23,792 nucleotides of DNA from Ginkgo biloba (taxonomy: Eukaryota > Plantae > Ginkgophyta). The notes beneath the pieces were generated by a model, which was given only the letters and a program-made list of their open reading frames with translations, was not told the origin of the DNA and made no database searches. The stretch lies in NCBI GenBank assembly GCA_024626585.2, contig JANKJI020000002.1:14144771-14168562 (forward strand), in the 5' to 3' direction. This document shows positions 11,501 to 22,417 of the stretch, one piece after another. The translations under genes and the position numbers were made by a program. Positions within the stretch are counted from its first letter, which is position 1. Every line of letters starts with the position of its first letter.

Positions 11501-13207
11501 AGGTAGTTTTCTCTTGCAGTTGATTCTTGACAATAATATATTTGTTAACAGCCTCTTCTACATTTTGATGTTTAGGTTTTGATGTTAGATGACTTCTAAT
11601 AAATGATTTCCAGTTAAGCAGTAGGGCATATTTAATATTATCAGGTTTCACTGTTTTGGTAGGCTACAGACGCTGTCCAGAACCATAGTGTCATTATCTT
11701 AAACATTAGTAAAATAATAGAAGAAGCATGTTGAAGCCCATTTGCTGATTTAATTCAGCAGACAACTTGCTGATATCAGAATAGGATGCATAAATATGCA
11801 GAAAGAAACCTGCCTCTCTACCAAAAGGCCGCTCATTTCCCAAGGTAGCCAATCTCCATGAAATAATATAACTTGAAATTTGATTTACTCAAATTTAGTA
11901 TTCAAGCCCTTCACACTGGCCTAGAAATTTTCCCTTTTAGGATCTGTTAATGGAAGCAACCAGAGTTCCCCTATATAAACTTGAAATATTCAAGTGACAC
12001 TATTAAATTACAGGTTTTGATTGTGGAGANNNNNNNNNNNNNNNNNNNNNNNNNNNNNNNNNNNNNNNNNNNNNNNNNNNNNNNNNNNNNNNNNNNNNNN
12101 NNNNNNNNNNNNNNNNNNNNNNNNNNNNNNNNNNNNNNNNNNNNNNNNNNNNNNNNNNNNNNNNNNNNNNNNNNNNNNNNNNNNNNNNNNNNNNNNNNNN
12201 NNNNNNNNNNNNNNNNNNNNNNNNNNNNNNNNNNNNNNNNNNNNNNNNNNNNNNNNNNNNNNNNNNNNNNNNNNNNNNNNNNNNNNNNNNNNNNNNNNNN
12301 NNNNNNNNNNNNNNNNNNNNNNNNNNNNNNNNNNNNNNNNNNNNNNNNNNNNNNNNNNNNNNNNNNNNNNNNNNNNNNNNNNNNNNNNNNNNNNNNNNNN
12401 NNNNNNNNNNNNNNNNNNNNNNNNNNNNNNNNNNNNNNNNNNNNNNNNNNNNNNNNNNNNNNNNNNNNNNNNNNNNNNNNNNNNNNNNNNNNNNNNNNNN
12501 NNNNNNNNNNNNNNNNNNNNNNNNNNNNNNNNNNNNNNNNNNNNNNNNNNNNNNNNNNNNNNNNNNNNNNNNNNNACAATAGGAACATTAGACTGAACTA
12601 TGTTAGCTGCAACATAGCAGGTGGCTGCTTCTAAGTTGTTTCAAATCATTAATGTGGCAGCAGAGCATGGGCAGTGGCAGTGGAAGGAGCATGACAGACT
12701 ACGGAAGAGGAGTTCCTCAGAGAGGAGTGGGAGGGTTTGGGAGGTTTGCATCTTACAATCCATGAATATATGAGTTCTTTCTAGNNNNNNNNNNNNNNNN
12801 NNNNNNNNNNNNNNNNNNNNNCACTGGCTTCTGTTGTTCTTAGTGCAAGTCAATCAGCTGTTGTCACAAGCACAACTGTTGAGGTTGTTGTCCCTGATCA
12901 TGTCATTGGTTCTATATATGGGGAGAATGGCAACAACTTAAACCAGATCCGACAGGTTCGTCTGGCTTATGAAGAGGGTCTTAGTGGCCTTTTTAGCATA
13001 AATGTACTTGCTCTGTTAATTATATAGCACAAAGCTCACAATCCTTGGTGCTGATACTTTCAGATTTCGGGGGCAAAAGTGATATTGCATGAGCCCACAC
13101 CTGGGGCAAGTGAAGGTTTGGTTGTAATATCTGGAACACCAGAGCAGTCGCATGCTGCCCAAAGTCTTCTTCAAGCTTTCATCATGAGTGGGCAGTCATC
13201 CCCATGA
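7780..13207 (+). CDS. Spliced gene for a KH domain-containing RNA-binding protein, HEN4-like (5 KH domains, about 702 aa); join(7780..8505,9942..10394,10719..10970,11164..11502,12661..12743,12844..12955,13064..13207)
   Basis: Four type-I KH GxxG loops (VIGKGG, VLGKGG, IIGKGG, LLGKGG) plus a fifth variant KH (IYGENG...ISGAKV...VVISGTPEQSHAAQSLLQAFI) typical of plant HEN4-like proteins. All six introns are GT..AG and the joined exons give one open frame. Exact orthologue cannot be assigned without a search, and an extra exon could hide in the N-run 12030-12575. Confidence 0.92.
9942..10394 (+). CDS. KH gene coding exon 2 (end of KH2, Pro/Gly/Ser linker, KH3)
   Basis: Acceptor gttgtttgcag|ATC. 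Encodes IMGDVSAVKKAL...FRLLCSNEKVGGIIGKGG...ERVVVISAFA. Donor GCG|GTGAGA. 453 nt, phase 0. Confidence 0.93.
10719..10970 (+). CDS. KH gene coding exon 3 (end of KH3, most of KH4)
   Basis: Acceptor ttaattggctcag|CAT. Encodes HPEARISPSQDAVLRVH...RLLVPSNQIGCLLGKGG...DEVVQ. Donor CAG|GTGTGA. 252 nt, phase 0. Confidence 0.92.
11164..11502 (+). CDS. KH gene coding exon 4 (end of KH4, Pro/Gly/His-rich linker)
   Basis: Acceptor ctcttgtttcag|GTA. VTGQLVAVQDALIQITSRLRDNLF completes KH4. Donor CAG|GTAGTT. 339 nt, phase 0. Confidence 0.9.
12661..12743 (+). CDS. KH gene coding exon 5 (Gly-rich linker QSMGSGSGRSMTDYGRGVPQRGVGGFG); not in ORF track
   Basis: Purine/GC-rich island after NAGNAG acceptor ggcag|CAG (start 12661 or 12664). 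Donor GAG|GTTTGC in phase 2 matches the start of exon 6 (AG+T = Ser). Confidence 0.8.
12844..12955 (+). CDS. KH gene coding exon 6 (KH5 first half: ASQSAVVTSTTVEVVVPDHVIGSIYGENGNNLNQIRQ); not in ORF track
   Basis: Acceptor ctgttgttcttag|T, donor CAG|GTTCGT. Translation matches the C-terminal KH of HEN4-like proteins. Confidence 0.92.
13064..13207 (+). CDS. KH gene coding exon 7 (KH5 second half: ISGAKVILHEPTPGASEGLVVISGTPEQSHAAQSLLQAFIMSGQSSP*); not in ORF track
   Basis: Acceptor ctgatactttcag|ATT with CTGAT branch-like motif. TGA at 13205-13207. Confidence 0.93.
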   Translation: MSGAKVILHEPTPGASEGLVVISGTPEQSHAAQSLLQAFIMSGQSSP

Positions 13208-13226
13208 TTCTCTATGTATTTTTAAG

Positions 13227-13441
13227 GTAATTATCATTCATATGGTACTTATTGATCCAAGCCGGAACTCTCTTTTCTTAAGACATACTTAGCATGTTGA
13301 AACCTGTAGCTGCATATGCATTTGCTCATAGTGGAATGTGTCACTATGTATTTGGTAAAATCATAAGTGTTTTTAAGCAAATGTGTCTGATACTTTGACT
13401 TTCATTTGTGCCTTTCCTTCCCTGCATATCTCCTATAACAG
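13227..13441 (+). other. Probable 3'UTR intron of the KH gene (215 nt)
   Basis: Strong donor AAG|GTAATT 19 nt after the stop. Long pyrimidine tract (gcctttccttccctgcatatctcctataacag) ending at 13441, with branch-like ctgat/ttgac motifs upstream. Confidence 0.65.
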
Positions 13442-14518
13442 CCGAAGACCAAGAAGATTGGAGTAAAAGACAGCCAAAACTTTGCAGATTCGTGACCAAC
13501 ACATCAAAAAGCAATTGTGGATTTAAGTAATGACTAAACATACATTGCGGTTTTACAGATTATTTATGGAAGCTTTTTTTGTCCTACTTTCACTTTTGGG
13601 TTGGTTTCAGTTCTCAAGAAGCCCTTGGTTCTCTTTGAGGCCNNNNNNNNNNNNNNNNNNNTGAGTTCTTGAACTGAAAAGTGCTATGCAAGTAATTTTG
13701 TTATACCTTTTATACAGAACTACCTGGCTAGCAACAAAGGTCTATTTCATGGTATTGATTCCTTGCCATGTCAGTTTTTAAACAGATCTGTGTAGTCTTT
13801 CTCAATGCCCTTTTTGGTTATTTTTTATTCACTATGTTCATAGGAATCTGGACTTCTTTGGAAACATTGATATTTGATGGGGGACTCTGTGGAATTGCAT
13901 ATTTTCTGTCAGCCGATCTGCAACATGAATCAGAACCTAGAAATGACTCAACATACGTGTGGTTGTAACAGTCATTGTTCCTGACATTAGGGCATTTTGA
14001 TTCCCCCATGTTTTCACATTCAGTTGTATTTGGAAGCTATTTAGTTTACTAGTTCTGTATGGGTATGAGGCAGATTTTATTTTCCATGGTATTTGAATTT
14101 TCATTGTAATGCCAGATCTTTACAAATTATTTCTACATAGTTTTGGTTTTTGAAAAAGGATCAAATTCATTAGATTTGTATGATGGCACATCCACAGTGC
14201 AAACATTCAAATATGGCACCCCCACCTACAAATTACTTTTGAAAAAAAACCCATACCAATATATCAACTGGATATTTTCTTGATTTAAACAAGGTTCATG
14301 ACAATCATTTTGTTGTTCCACATTTGGTCAACTGGTTTGCATGGTTTTTCTTGATATCATGAAAACTTAACTGTTGTGATTGCTGTAAACTGAGCGTGTT
14401 CAAGATTTCAGGTAAACACCAAGCCTTCAGTCAAACCCTTTTAGTGCACATTCTTGGGTAAGATTCGAGACTTAGTGCTTCTCTTAAGCTCACTCTTGGC
14501 AAACTTGTGTGTGTTTAG

Positions 14519-14660
14519 AATAATAACATACTGGGTTTAGAATGCACCATATGTGCTGTTTAAAAAATAAACCAAAAATGTTTTACAATAATAATATACT
14601 GGGTTTAGAATTTGCTCTATGTGTTCTTACAAAAAAAAAGCAAACCAAAATTCTTTCACA
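14519..14660. repeat. Tandem duplication, period 68 bp, 2 diverged copies
   Basis: aataataa(c/t)atactgggtttagaat...atgtg...aaaccaaaa at 14519 and 14587. Confidence 0.8.
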
Positions 14661-14906
14661 TTACACACTGCAGATTGGTTTTGTATGATTAATACAGATT
14701 GTCCGACAGTTGACAGCTGATTGTGACAGAGTAAAGTACACTCAGCAAGAGTAGCCTGGCTAAAGGTGTGCCAAAAGTTTTGGATTTGATCAAAGGTATC
14801 CCAAATGTTTTGGCAATGGCTCATCATGCACGTATCTGGCGCTGCAGCGGGCTTGTGGAAACCATTGCGATTAACTGCATTCGCATTTCATAGCTCATGT
14901 TAGGTG

Positions 14907-14960
14907 TAAATAATACAAAAAGTACAATTTTAATAAATAATACAAAAAGTACAATTTTAA
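14907..14960. repeat. Perfect 27-bp tandem duplication
   Basis: taaataatacaaaaagtacaattttaa x2 (14907-14933, 14934-14960). Confidence 0.95.
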
Positions 14961-15617
14961 TAATTTAGCAACCATTTATTTCTCAATTGTAAAGAAGGTA
15001 CACAACAATCACTTTTTGTGCCCCTATTGGTGAGCTGCTTTGCATGGTATTTGTTCAGATCATGGAAACCCAACTCCTGTTGTGATTGCTCTAAATTGAG
15101 GGGTTAAATGATACTTTAGTATGAGATTCTAGAACATCCATATGTTTTATACACGNNNNNNNNNNNNNNNNNNNNNNNNNNNNNNNNNNNNNNNNNNNNN
15201 NNNNNNNNNNNNNNNNNNNNNNNNNNNNNNNNNNNNNNNNNNNNNNNNNNNNNNNNNNNNNNNNNNNNNNNNNNNNNNNNNNNNNNNNNNNNNNNNNNNN
15301 NNNNNNNNNNNNNNNNNNNNNNNNNNNNNNNNNNNNNNNNNNNNNNNNNNNNNNNNNNNNNNNNNNNNNNNNNNNNNNNNNNNNNNNNNNNNNNNNNNNN
15401 NNNNNNNNNNNNNNNNNNNNNNNNNNNNNNNNNNNNNNNNNNNNNNNNNNNNNNNNNNNNNNNNNNNNNNNNNNNTTATGAATGGATTGGGCTGAGGAAG
15501 ATTTTTGATCACATGATTTATGCCATCAAGTAATATTTGGGTCAAATATTGGTTACTTCTTTAGATTTGCCCTCCTCAAGTTTGTTTTTTCTACCCTGAT
15601 GTAGTTGGAAGCCTAAC

Positions 15618-16311
15618 ATGTATTCATGCCTGGTACATTGTGGTTTCAATGGTTGGTGGCTTTTTCTGTCAGTTTTTCACATTATTTCAAATACCAGGTC
15701 ATAAAAAGAATTCACATTTTCTAGGTTCAATCCCTCCATTATCTCGCTGAAAATGCAGATGTTTGGTTATCTGCTGAAAATCCTAGCCAAATGTTTGCTG
15801 AAAGTGCTGAAAAATAATCGTATTATTCTTTTTGAACCAATAAAAATGAGGGTCTTTGGTTGTTTTGCCCACCGCTTTCATTCTTCTGTAGATAGTAGTA
15901 TAGTTAGAGATAGGTATGAGCTGTGATTTAACTTTTTAAATGGGTACCATGAAATCTATAGAATGTATTCATGCCTGAAGCCAGAGTACTTTGTTGTTTC
16001 AATGGTTGATGCCTTTTTTGCTGTAAAATTTTCACATTATTTCAAATACTAGCCTCTAGAAAGAAATTCACATTTTCTAGATTGTATCCCTGCATCAACT
16101 CGCTGGAAAAGCAGATGGTTGGTTGTTTGTAGAAAACATTAGCTAAATGTTTGCTGAAAAATATTATATTATTCTTTTCAAACCACTGAAAACGAGGGTG
16201 TTTGGTTGTTTCGCCTACCACATTCAATCTTCTGTATATAGTAGTATAGACAGAGATAGATATGAGCTGGGATATAACTTTTTATGTGGGCACCATGCAA
16301 TCTATAAAATG
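15618..16311. repeat. Head-to-tail tandem duplication, period about 345 bp, 2 diverged copies
   Basis: Both units begin atgtattcatgcctg (15618, 15963) and share tttcacattatttcaaatac, aattcacattttctag, aaatgtttgctgaaa, tcttctgta.atagtagtatag and tatgagctg. Confidence 0.92.
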
Positions 16312-16710
16312 CTCCCTTCCAATTCTTCTCTGCGGAGAAGTAAGCTTTATGGAAGAGGTACAATTGCAATAAAATGGTTCTAGTTTAGCCCTCCATGTGT
16401 ATGCATGCCTTGACAGCAGTTGCACCAAAATCTATGTATGAGGAATCAATATCTAGTTATTTCACGTCAACATATTGTATGTTTAATAAGTGATCATATT
16501 GGCATCCCCTCGAGATGAAGTTTTGGATTTCTTCCAAACTTGCAATTGTTAGTCAAACTGCTGCTCATATTACTTGAGTTTGCTCATATATGGGGCTGTT
16601 CCTTACTTTTGGATGGAGCACATTATTTGCATTAGATTCTTGAATGTTTTTGCTGGCCAAATTCTTGTTATAGAACATTAGTTATTGAAAAGATTCAAAT
16701 TTAGCGTCGA

Positions 16711-17456
16711 TGTTGGCATCTGAGCAGCCCAATCATTCTGGATCTTGATCTGATTGTTTACATAGGAACTGACCTTGCTTGGGCAAAGTGCCAATTGTAC
16801 CACTACTTTGCACCAGGGAAAACTAAATGGGCTATTGCCCAATTGTTGATGCACTCCAGCATATGCATACACTTGGGCCGACCTGTGAGGAGTGTAATGG
16901 ATTTTGCATTGCACATAATAATGAAATGTAATAATGCATTATCATTTAAGATCATAATGCATTGTCATTAAAGTCACAATGTTGCCTTAAGGTTAATATT
17001 TCATCTTAAGATTGTAGTCCAATGATGTACGAGAAGTGTTAATCATAAGTTAGTCATTACTTAAGGGTCATAAAGTAAGGTGGAGAGCTGCAAGCTAGCA
17101 AACTGTTATAAGACAGTAAGAATTTGCAACTGTCTGAACCAACAGGGTTGTTTATAAATTAAATAGGAGTGAGACTGCAATACAGATTAAAATACAAGTA
17201 GAAGCTTGCCAAAATTGCATAGGTTTCAGCCATGGGCATTGCCCCTGATTGCCATCCCTTGTTCTTGTTGTGACTCTTGTTGATGAATAAAAGCTGCAGT
17301 TTGTTCCAGATGACATTTTATACACTTGGATTCAGAGTGGGAAGGGAAGAGACCCTCGGACGACCTTTGTTCTCTTTTTTCTTCCTTTGGATGTAACTTA
17401 TGTCTCACTCTATTGTGTTTCCTAGCTGCTTACTTTTAGCATTGGAGTCACCAACA
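16711..17456 (+). mobile_element. Possible solo LTR (746 bp)
   Basis: Ends TGTTGG...CCAACA (6-bp inverted termini). Internal short repeats, a TATA-like tataaat at about 17153 and AATAAA at about 17286, in U3-R-U5 order. No matching target-site duplication (gtcga vs gcgct). Confidence 0.35.
16931..16994. repeat. Degenerate 22-23 bp minisatellite, 2-3 copies
   Basis: ataatgcattatcatttaagatc / ataatgcattgtcattaaagtc / acaatgttgccttaaggtt. Confidence 0.6.
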
Positions 17457-20400
17457 GCGCTCCCTTGGACCCGTACCTACTGACCGCTTTTTGGTCACCC
17501 ATGGACATTATATATCTCCTTTCTTTCTTTCTTTTCTCTCGAAGATGCTTGTGCTTGCTATGATAATTGTTGAATGTGTATGTGGTTGATATTGTATGCT
17601 TGGTAATGACATACATCGATTGTAGTGAGATAGAGCCAGTTGCAACATCCACACACTTTGTCTACAAGGTAATCAAATACTGTATTCATTGTCAAAATAT
17701 AATATGTAATTAAAATATCAGCCACTAAAATAAAATTAAGGGCGTTAATGAAATGGTTGCAATTAGGTATGTAACCAATTCCTAATCTACTTTATTTAAT
17801 ACAAAATTACNNNNNNNNNNNNNNNNNNNNNNNNNNNNNNNNNNNNNNNNNNNNNNNNNNNNNNNNNNNNNNNNNNNNNNNNNNNNNNNNNNNNNNNNNN
17901 NNNNNNNNNNNNNNNNNNNNNNNNNNNNNNNNNNNNNNNNNNNNNNNNNNNNNNNNNNNNNNNNNNNNNNNNNNNNNNNNNNNNNNNNNNNNNNNNNNNN
18001 NNNNNNNNNNNNNNNNNNNNNNNNNNNNNNNNNNNNNNNNNNNNNNNNNNNNNNNNNNNNNNNNNNNNNNNNNNNNNNNNNNNNNNNNNNNNNNNNNNNN
18101 TTGGATGCCAGGTGCTAGCTTAGTTTATTTCAGATATGTAGAGGGATTGTTTAGCACTGTTGATGGCTTATGTCATTTGGTAAGTTAGCTGCTTAGTTGT
18201 TAAAAATTTGGACTGGACTTTTGGCTTATCCTTTTATTTATGCAGTGCTGTGTTAGATTTTAAATGTCTATTTTTATATACAGATTGTGTTCGTATTGCC
18301 TGTTTTCATTTTGAGGCACTTGTTTGATTTGTGATGAAATGATTTGGTCTAGTGGTTGAGATGTCACACTGAAAGTGACTCTGCAGCCTGCAGAAAAATG
18401 CTTCTCATCAACAGGCACCCATTGATAAGGGGCATCTGCATAGTTCCTTTGGAGCCATTGTGTGGAATATCAGACGAGGGAACTGACTTGAGGCCTTTGG
18501 CATCCTGATCTTTGTGATCTGGATTTTTAAACCTCTCATAACACCCCTTCATTACTTGAGCAATCCTTCCCAAGAGCTTTGTTTCTGTCATTGTAATTGG
18601 ATGTGTGTCCTATGATCAAACTTTGGAAACATTTCAATATGATAGAATCTCTTATCAACAAATATGTCCACATGGTACATTTAGACAGTATAATACATAC
18701 AGAATTGTGGTATCCCAAAACAATGAAGTTTCCCAAAGAACATTTGACTAATGAGGCCTTATTTGTAACACTATATTAATTGCTGGTGGCATTAATGGTC
18801 TCAAAGTTGACATTTCTTAATGTCATGTTGGAGGAGTGAATGAAAATGATCTTTATGATCTTTGAATGTGTTGAAATGCAACATTTTTACATCTAATCTT
18901 GTGATGTAATCAACCATGTCCTGCATTCAATAGATTTTTAATTTTGTTTCAAATTAGTAAAGAGAAATGAGTACTGTTAAAAACAATGTTTTCTACAGCA
19001 TTGAATAAGACAATCTTTAGCTTAAACATAGATGTAAACATAACATTTTTACAAACCTGTGATTGAATTTAGCAAGCCATAAAATGTTATACAACCTATC
19101 ATATGAATATAATTCAGGTGGCTTTTGTAAATTATTTCTCCATAGATTTCTTGGGATTTCCTTTAAGATGACTTTCTCAATTTAATCTTTTGTCAAATTA
19201 TAAGTTGCCATTGAAGAATGTGCAGTCCAATCTTGAAGATTATAAAAATATACTCAAACTACCTACCTACACTCTTGATGTATATCTGGTTGTATATATA
19301 CTATAATCCCTCATTCACAAAATCATGTGGATGTTATAGAAAGTGGCCTATAGTTTGTTATCTATAGTTTATTTTCATAAATACTTGTCCCTTTTGTGTG
19401 CCTATTATTTGGTCCGAGTGTGGTGATTAAATATTATATGCAATGGGGGTCTTCCATTTTGGTAAGAAATTGTTACTTTCACCCAATCCCTACGTGGGAA
19501 AAGGTTGGTAACGGAAAAGCTTGAAGATTAGGACTTTGTGGAGATGGTAGGTAGGGTGCATTATAGGGTTGGAAATAGNNNNNNNNNNNNNNNNNNNNNN
19601 NNNNNNNNNNNNNNNNNNNNNNNNNNNNNNNNNNNNNNNNNNNNNNNNNNNNNNNNNNNNNNNNNNNNNNNNNNNNNNNNNNNNNNNNNNNNNNNNNNNN
19701 NNNNNNNNNNNNNNNNNNNNNNNNNNNNNNNNNNNNNNNNNNNNNNNNNNNNNNNNNNNNNNNNNNNNNNNNNNNNNNNNNNNNNNNNNNNNNNNNNNNN
19801 NNNNNNNNNNNNNNNNNNNNNNNNNNNNNNNNNNNNNNNNNNNNNNNNNNNNNNNNNNNNNNNNNNNNNNNNNNNNNNNNNNNNNNNNNNNNNNNNNNNN
19901 NNNNNNNNNNNNNNNNNNNNNNNNNNNNNNNNNNNNNNNNNNNNNNNNNNNNNNNNNNNNNNNNNNNNNNNNNNNNNNNNNNNNNNNNNNNNNNNNNNNN
20001 NNNNNNNNNNNNNNNNNNNNNNNGAGGGTTAAAATTAAAAAAAATAAAAAAAATGAAGGGATACTTGTTTATGTGCATGGATTTATGTGTTTTTTTCGAG
20101 TTTTATGAATCATTATTTTCTAAAACATTGATTCTCCTATAAGAAACATGTTAAAGTATGATAGATAGATTGAGCATATACTATATGGTTAATAGCAAGT
20201 ACAACATGCTTGAGTGAATAAACAACTATATTTATTTTTTTGGGAATAAAAAATGATGGATCCATTGTGACTACAATGTTTGACAATATAATTTAAAATA
20301 AAAAATAAAATACTAGTCTAATGGGAACATGGTTATTTTGGACAATTAAATCATTAAAAGAACATGTTAAAAAGTACTAATTTGGATTAGTTTTACATCA

Positions 20401-20745
20401 AAATATTAAAAAGAGATTAGCCCAAATAATGTTTTCTTGGATACCATTGGACATGTTTTGAGACTAGGTAAATTCATTTTGAGATATTTTTTATTCTCAC
20501 AATACCTTAAAGTGTCCATGTTTTCTATGTGAAGGAAATAAAACTTATATCCAAAGGTTTTATTGAAATCTATAATTTGCCCATTTACTAAGGGATGGAA
20601 TACTAGTGAGAAATTCTTTGAAAGATACAAATACATGTATTGATGACAAAAAATTCCAAAACAAAAAAGGTAAATTGAATAATTTTAAAAAGTGGTATTG
20701 CACAATTACCTCTCAATTTATTGATTGAATAATTTGCCGCCTTCT

Positions 20746-20865
20746 AAATAATGAAATGCTTTATAATCATTACAAAGGTCACAATTAATTGACAACAACT
20801 AATGCAAGCAACATACTCCATTTCAAATAATGAAATGCTCTATAATTATTACAAAGGTCACAATT
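20746..20865. repeat. 41-bp direct repeat (20746-20786, 20825-20865), 2 mismatches
   Basis: aaataatgaaatgct(t/c)tataat(c/t)attacaaaggtcacaatt x2, spacing 79. Confidence 0.9.
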
Positions 20866-21300
20866 TCATACTTAACTTAATTCAAGTCATGATGTTTTTA
20901 GTAAAAGAGCCTTGAATTATATGAATTCTCCAAAACAAAATTAAATGTGATGTAGATCTATTAAATGAAAGCATTGAAATTTTTGGCTTATTAAATATTA
21001 TTCAAGATCTAATTAATGTTATTTTTGTTTTGGGCTTCTTTCATTAATGAAGGCTAGTTGAATGAACATATTGTATCACAGTGTTGTGGCAACTAAGTGT
21101 CTCTATAACATGCAAGAATTGGTAAAAATACGATAAATGATTTGAAAAATGGATTGTATGATTTACCAAATGAAAATATATATTTATATGTATATTAGTG
21201 NNNNNNNNNNNNNNNNNNNNNNNNNNNNNNNNNNNNNNNNNNNNNNNNNNNNNNNNNNNNNNNNNNNNNNNNNNNNNNNNNNNNNNNNNNNNNNNNNNNN

Positions 21301-22417
21301 GATTGGTGATGTACATAATCGACACTTTATTAGTTCAAAAGCATCATGTTGTGCTTTACCTTAAGTGAAGGAATGTTTAGCCTTTATAACTTGATGAAGA
21401 GAAGAATAAATTTTAAAAAAATTGATATAAACTTGCTATAAAAGTTGGCCAATCCTAAAAAATTATGCAACTCATTCATATTGGTATGTCCCTCATACTC
21501 CCTCAAGACCTCATATTATTTATGATATATAATATAGATCCCTACTCATCAACAATAAATCCAAGATATTAAATACTATGCATGGTTAAGTTTCACTTCT
21601 CCATGTTGGCCTGAAGTTAATAGAACCTTAATTGCCATAAAACCTTCTCAATATGCATCAAGTGTTTCTCCTAGGTANNNNNNNNNNNNNNNNNNNNNNN
21701 NNNNNNNNNNNNNNNNATAAAAGAATTAAGGAAGGGATGAAGGACATTATTTATTAATATCATAAATATCATAGGGACTTTGATTAACCTAAAAGATATT
21801 ATCAACCACTCAAAGAGACCCTTCTAGTTCTTGAATGCCATATTCCATATGTCCTCCTCTTGAATCCACACCTAATGGTATCTTGACTTCAAATAAATAT
21901 TCAAAAAATACCTATCACCCTATAAATAATCCAACAAGTCATTTATGCATGGGAGTGAGTACCATTTTTTCATTGTGATCTTATTAATAGCTCTATAATT
22001 AATGCACAGGAACCAATAATCATCCTTCTTGGGCACTAATAAGACTAGCGAACCATAAGGAGAATCACTAGGTCTAATGTGTCCCTTCTCTAATAATTAT
22101 GAAATCTTCTTCTTAATCTCTTCATTCTCCATCACTGACCTATGATACAGACCTACAGTGGGCAATGAAGCCCTTATCTCTAGATCTACCCATGCAATAT
22201 GGATCTCTTTAGGGACAATCCATTGGTAGATGTAAAGATGTTCTCAAAACATAGACAAAAGATGTTTCACTTACTGCTCCTGCTTCCTATATTTTATTAT
22301 TGACTCAAACACTCGTCGAGTCTATAAACTCAACTTGTAATGGCCTCTCAACATGATCAAAATGAACTTTTGGAAAACTTATACTAGCCTCTTGCCTTGT
22401 GCACTATTCACCAAAAT
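21301..22417 (-). mobile_element. Decayed Ty3/gypsy (chromovirus-type) pol fragment: reverse transcriptase and connection region
   Basis: Manual minus-strand translation: [140 protein letters not shown]. Many stops. The YxDD falls in the N-run 21678-21716. Bounded by 100-N gaps. Confidence 0.9.

Larger units (their letters stand above)
14262..15115. repeat. Diverged direct repeat of about 150 bp (about 14262-14410 and 14966-15115)
   Basis: acaatca..ttgg..ctg.tttgcatggt.ttt..atcatg.aaac..aact..gttgtgattgct.taaa.tgag occurs twice, about 700 bp apart. Confidence 0.75.

Noticed and set aside
11503-11519. GT...ttttctcttgcAG 17-nt micro-intron right after exon 4
   Set aside because: Far below the minimum spliceable intron length in plants.
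18331-18372. C/D box snoRNA-like GTGATGA...CTGA
   Set aside because: Only about 42 nt between the boxes, a weak terminal stem and no recognisable rRNA antisense element.
9185-20108. Long ORFs made mostly of X (around 9.2-9.7, 12.0-12.6, 15.1-15.5 and 19.5-20.1 kb)
   Set aside because: Artefacts of N-runs lacking stop codons.
20746-20865. Repeat-spacer-repeat resembling a CRISPR unit (41 bp + 38 bp + 41 bp)
   Set aside because: Only two copies, AT-rich and non-palindromic, in a eukaryotic context with no cas genes. An ordinary local duplication.
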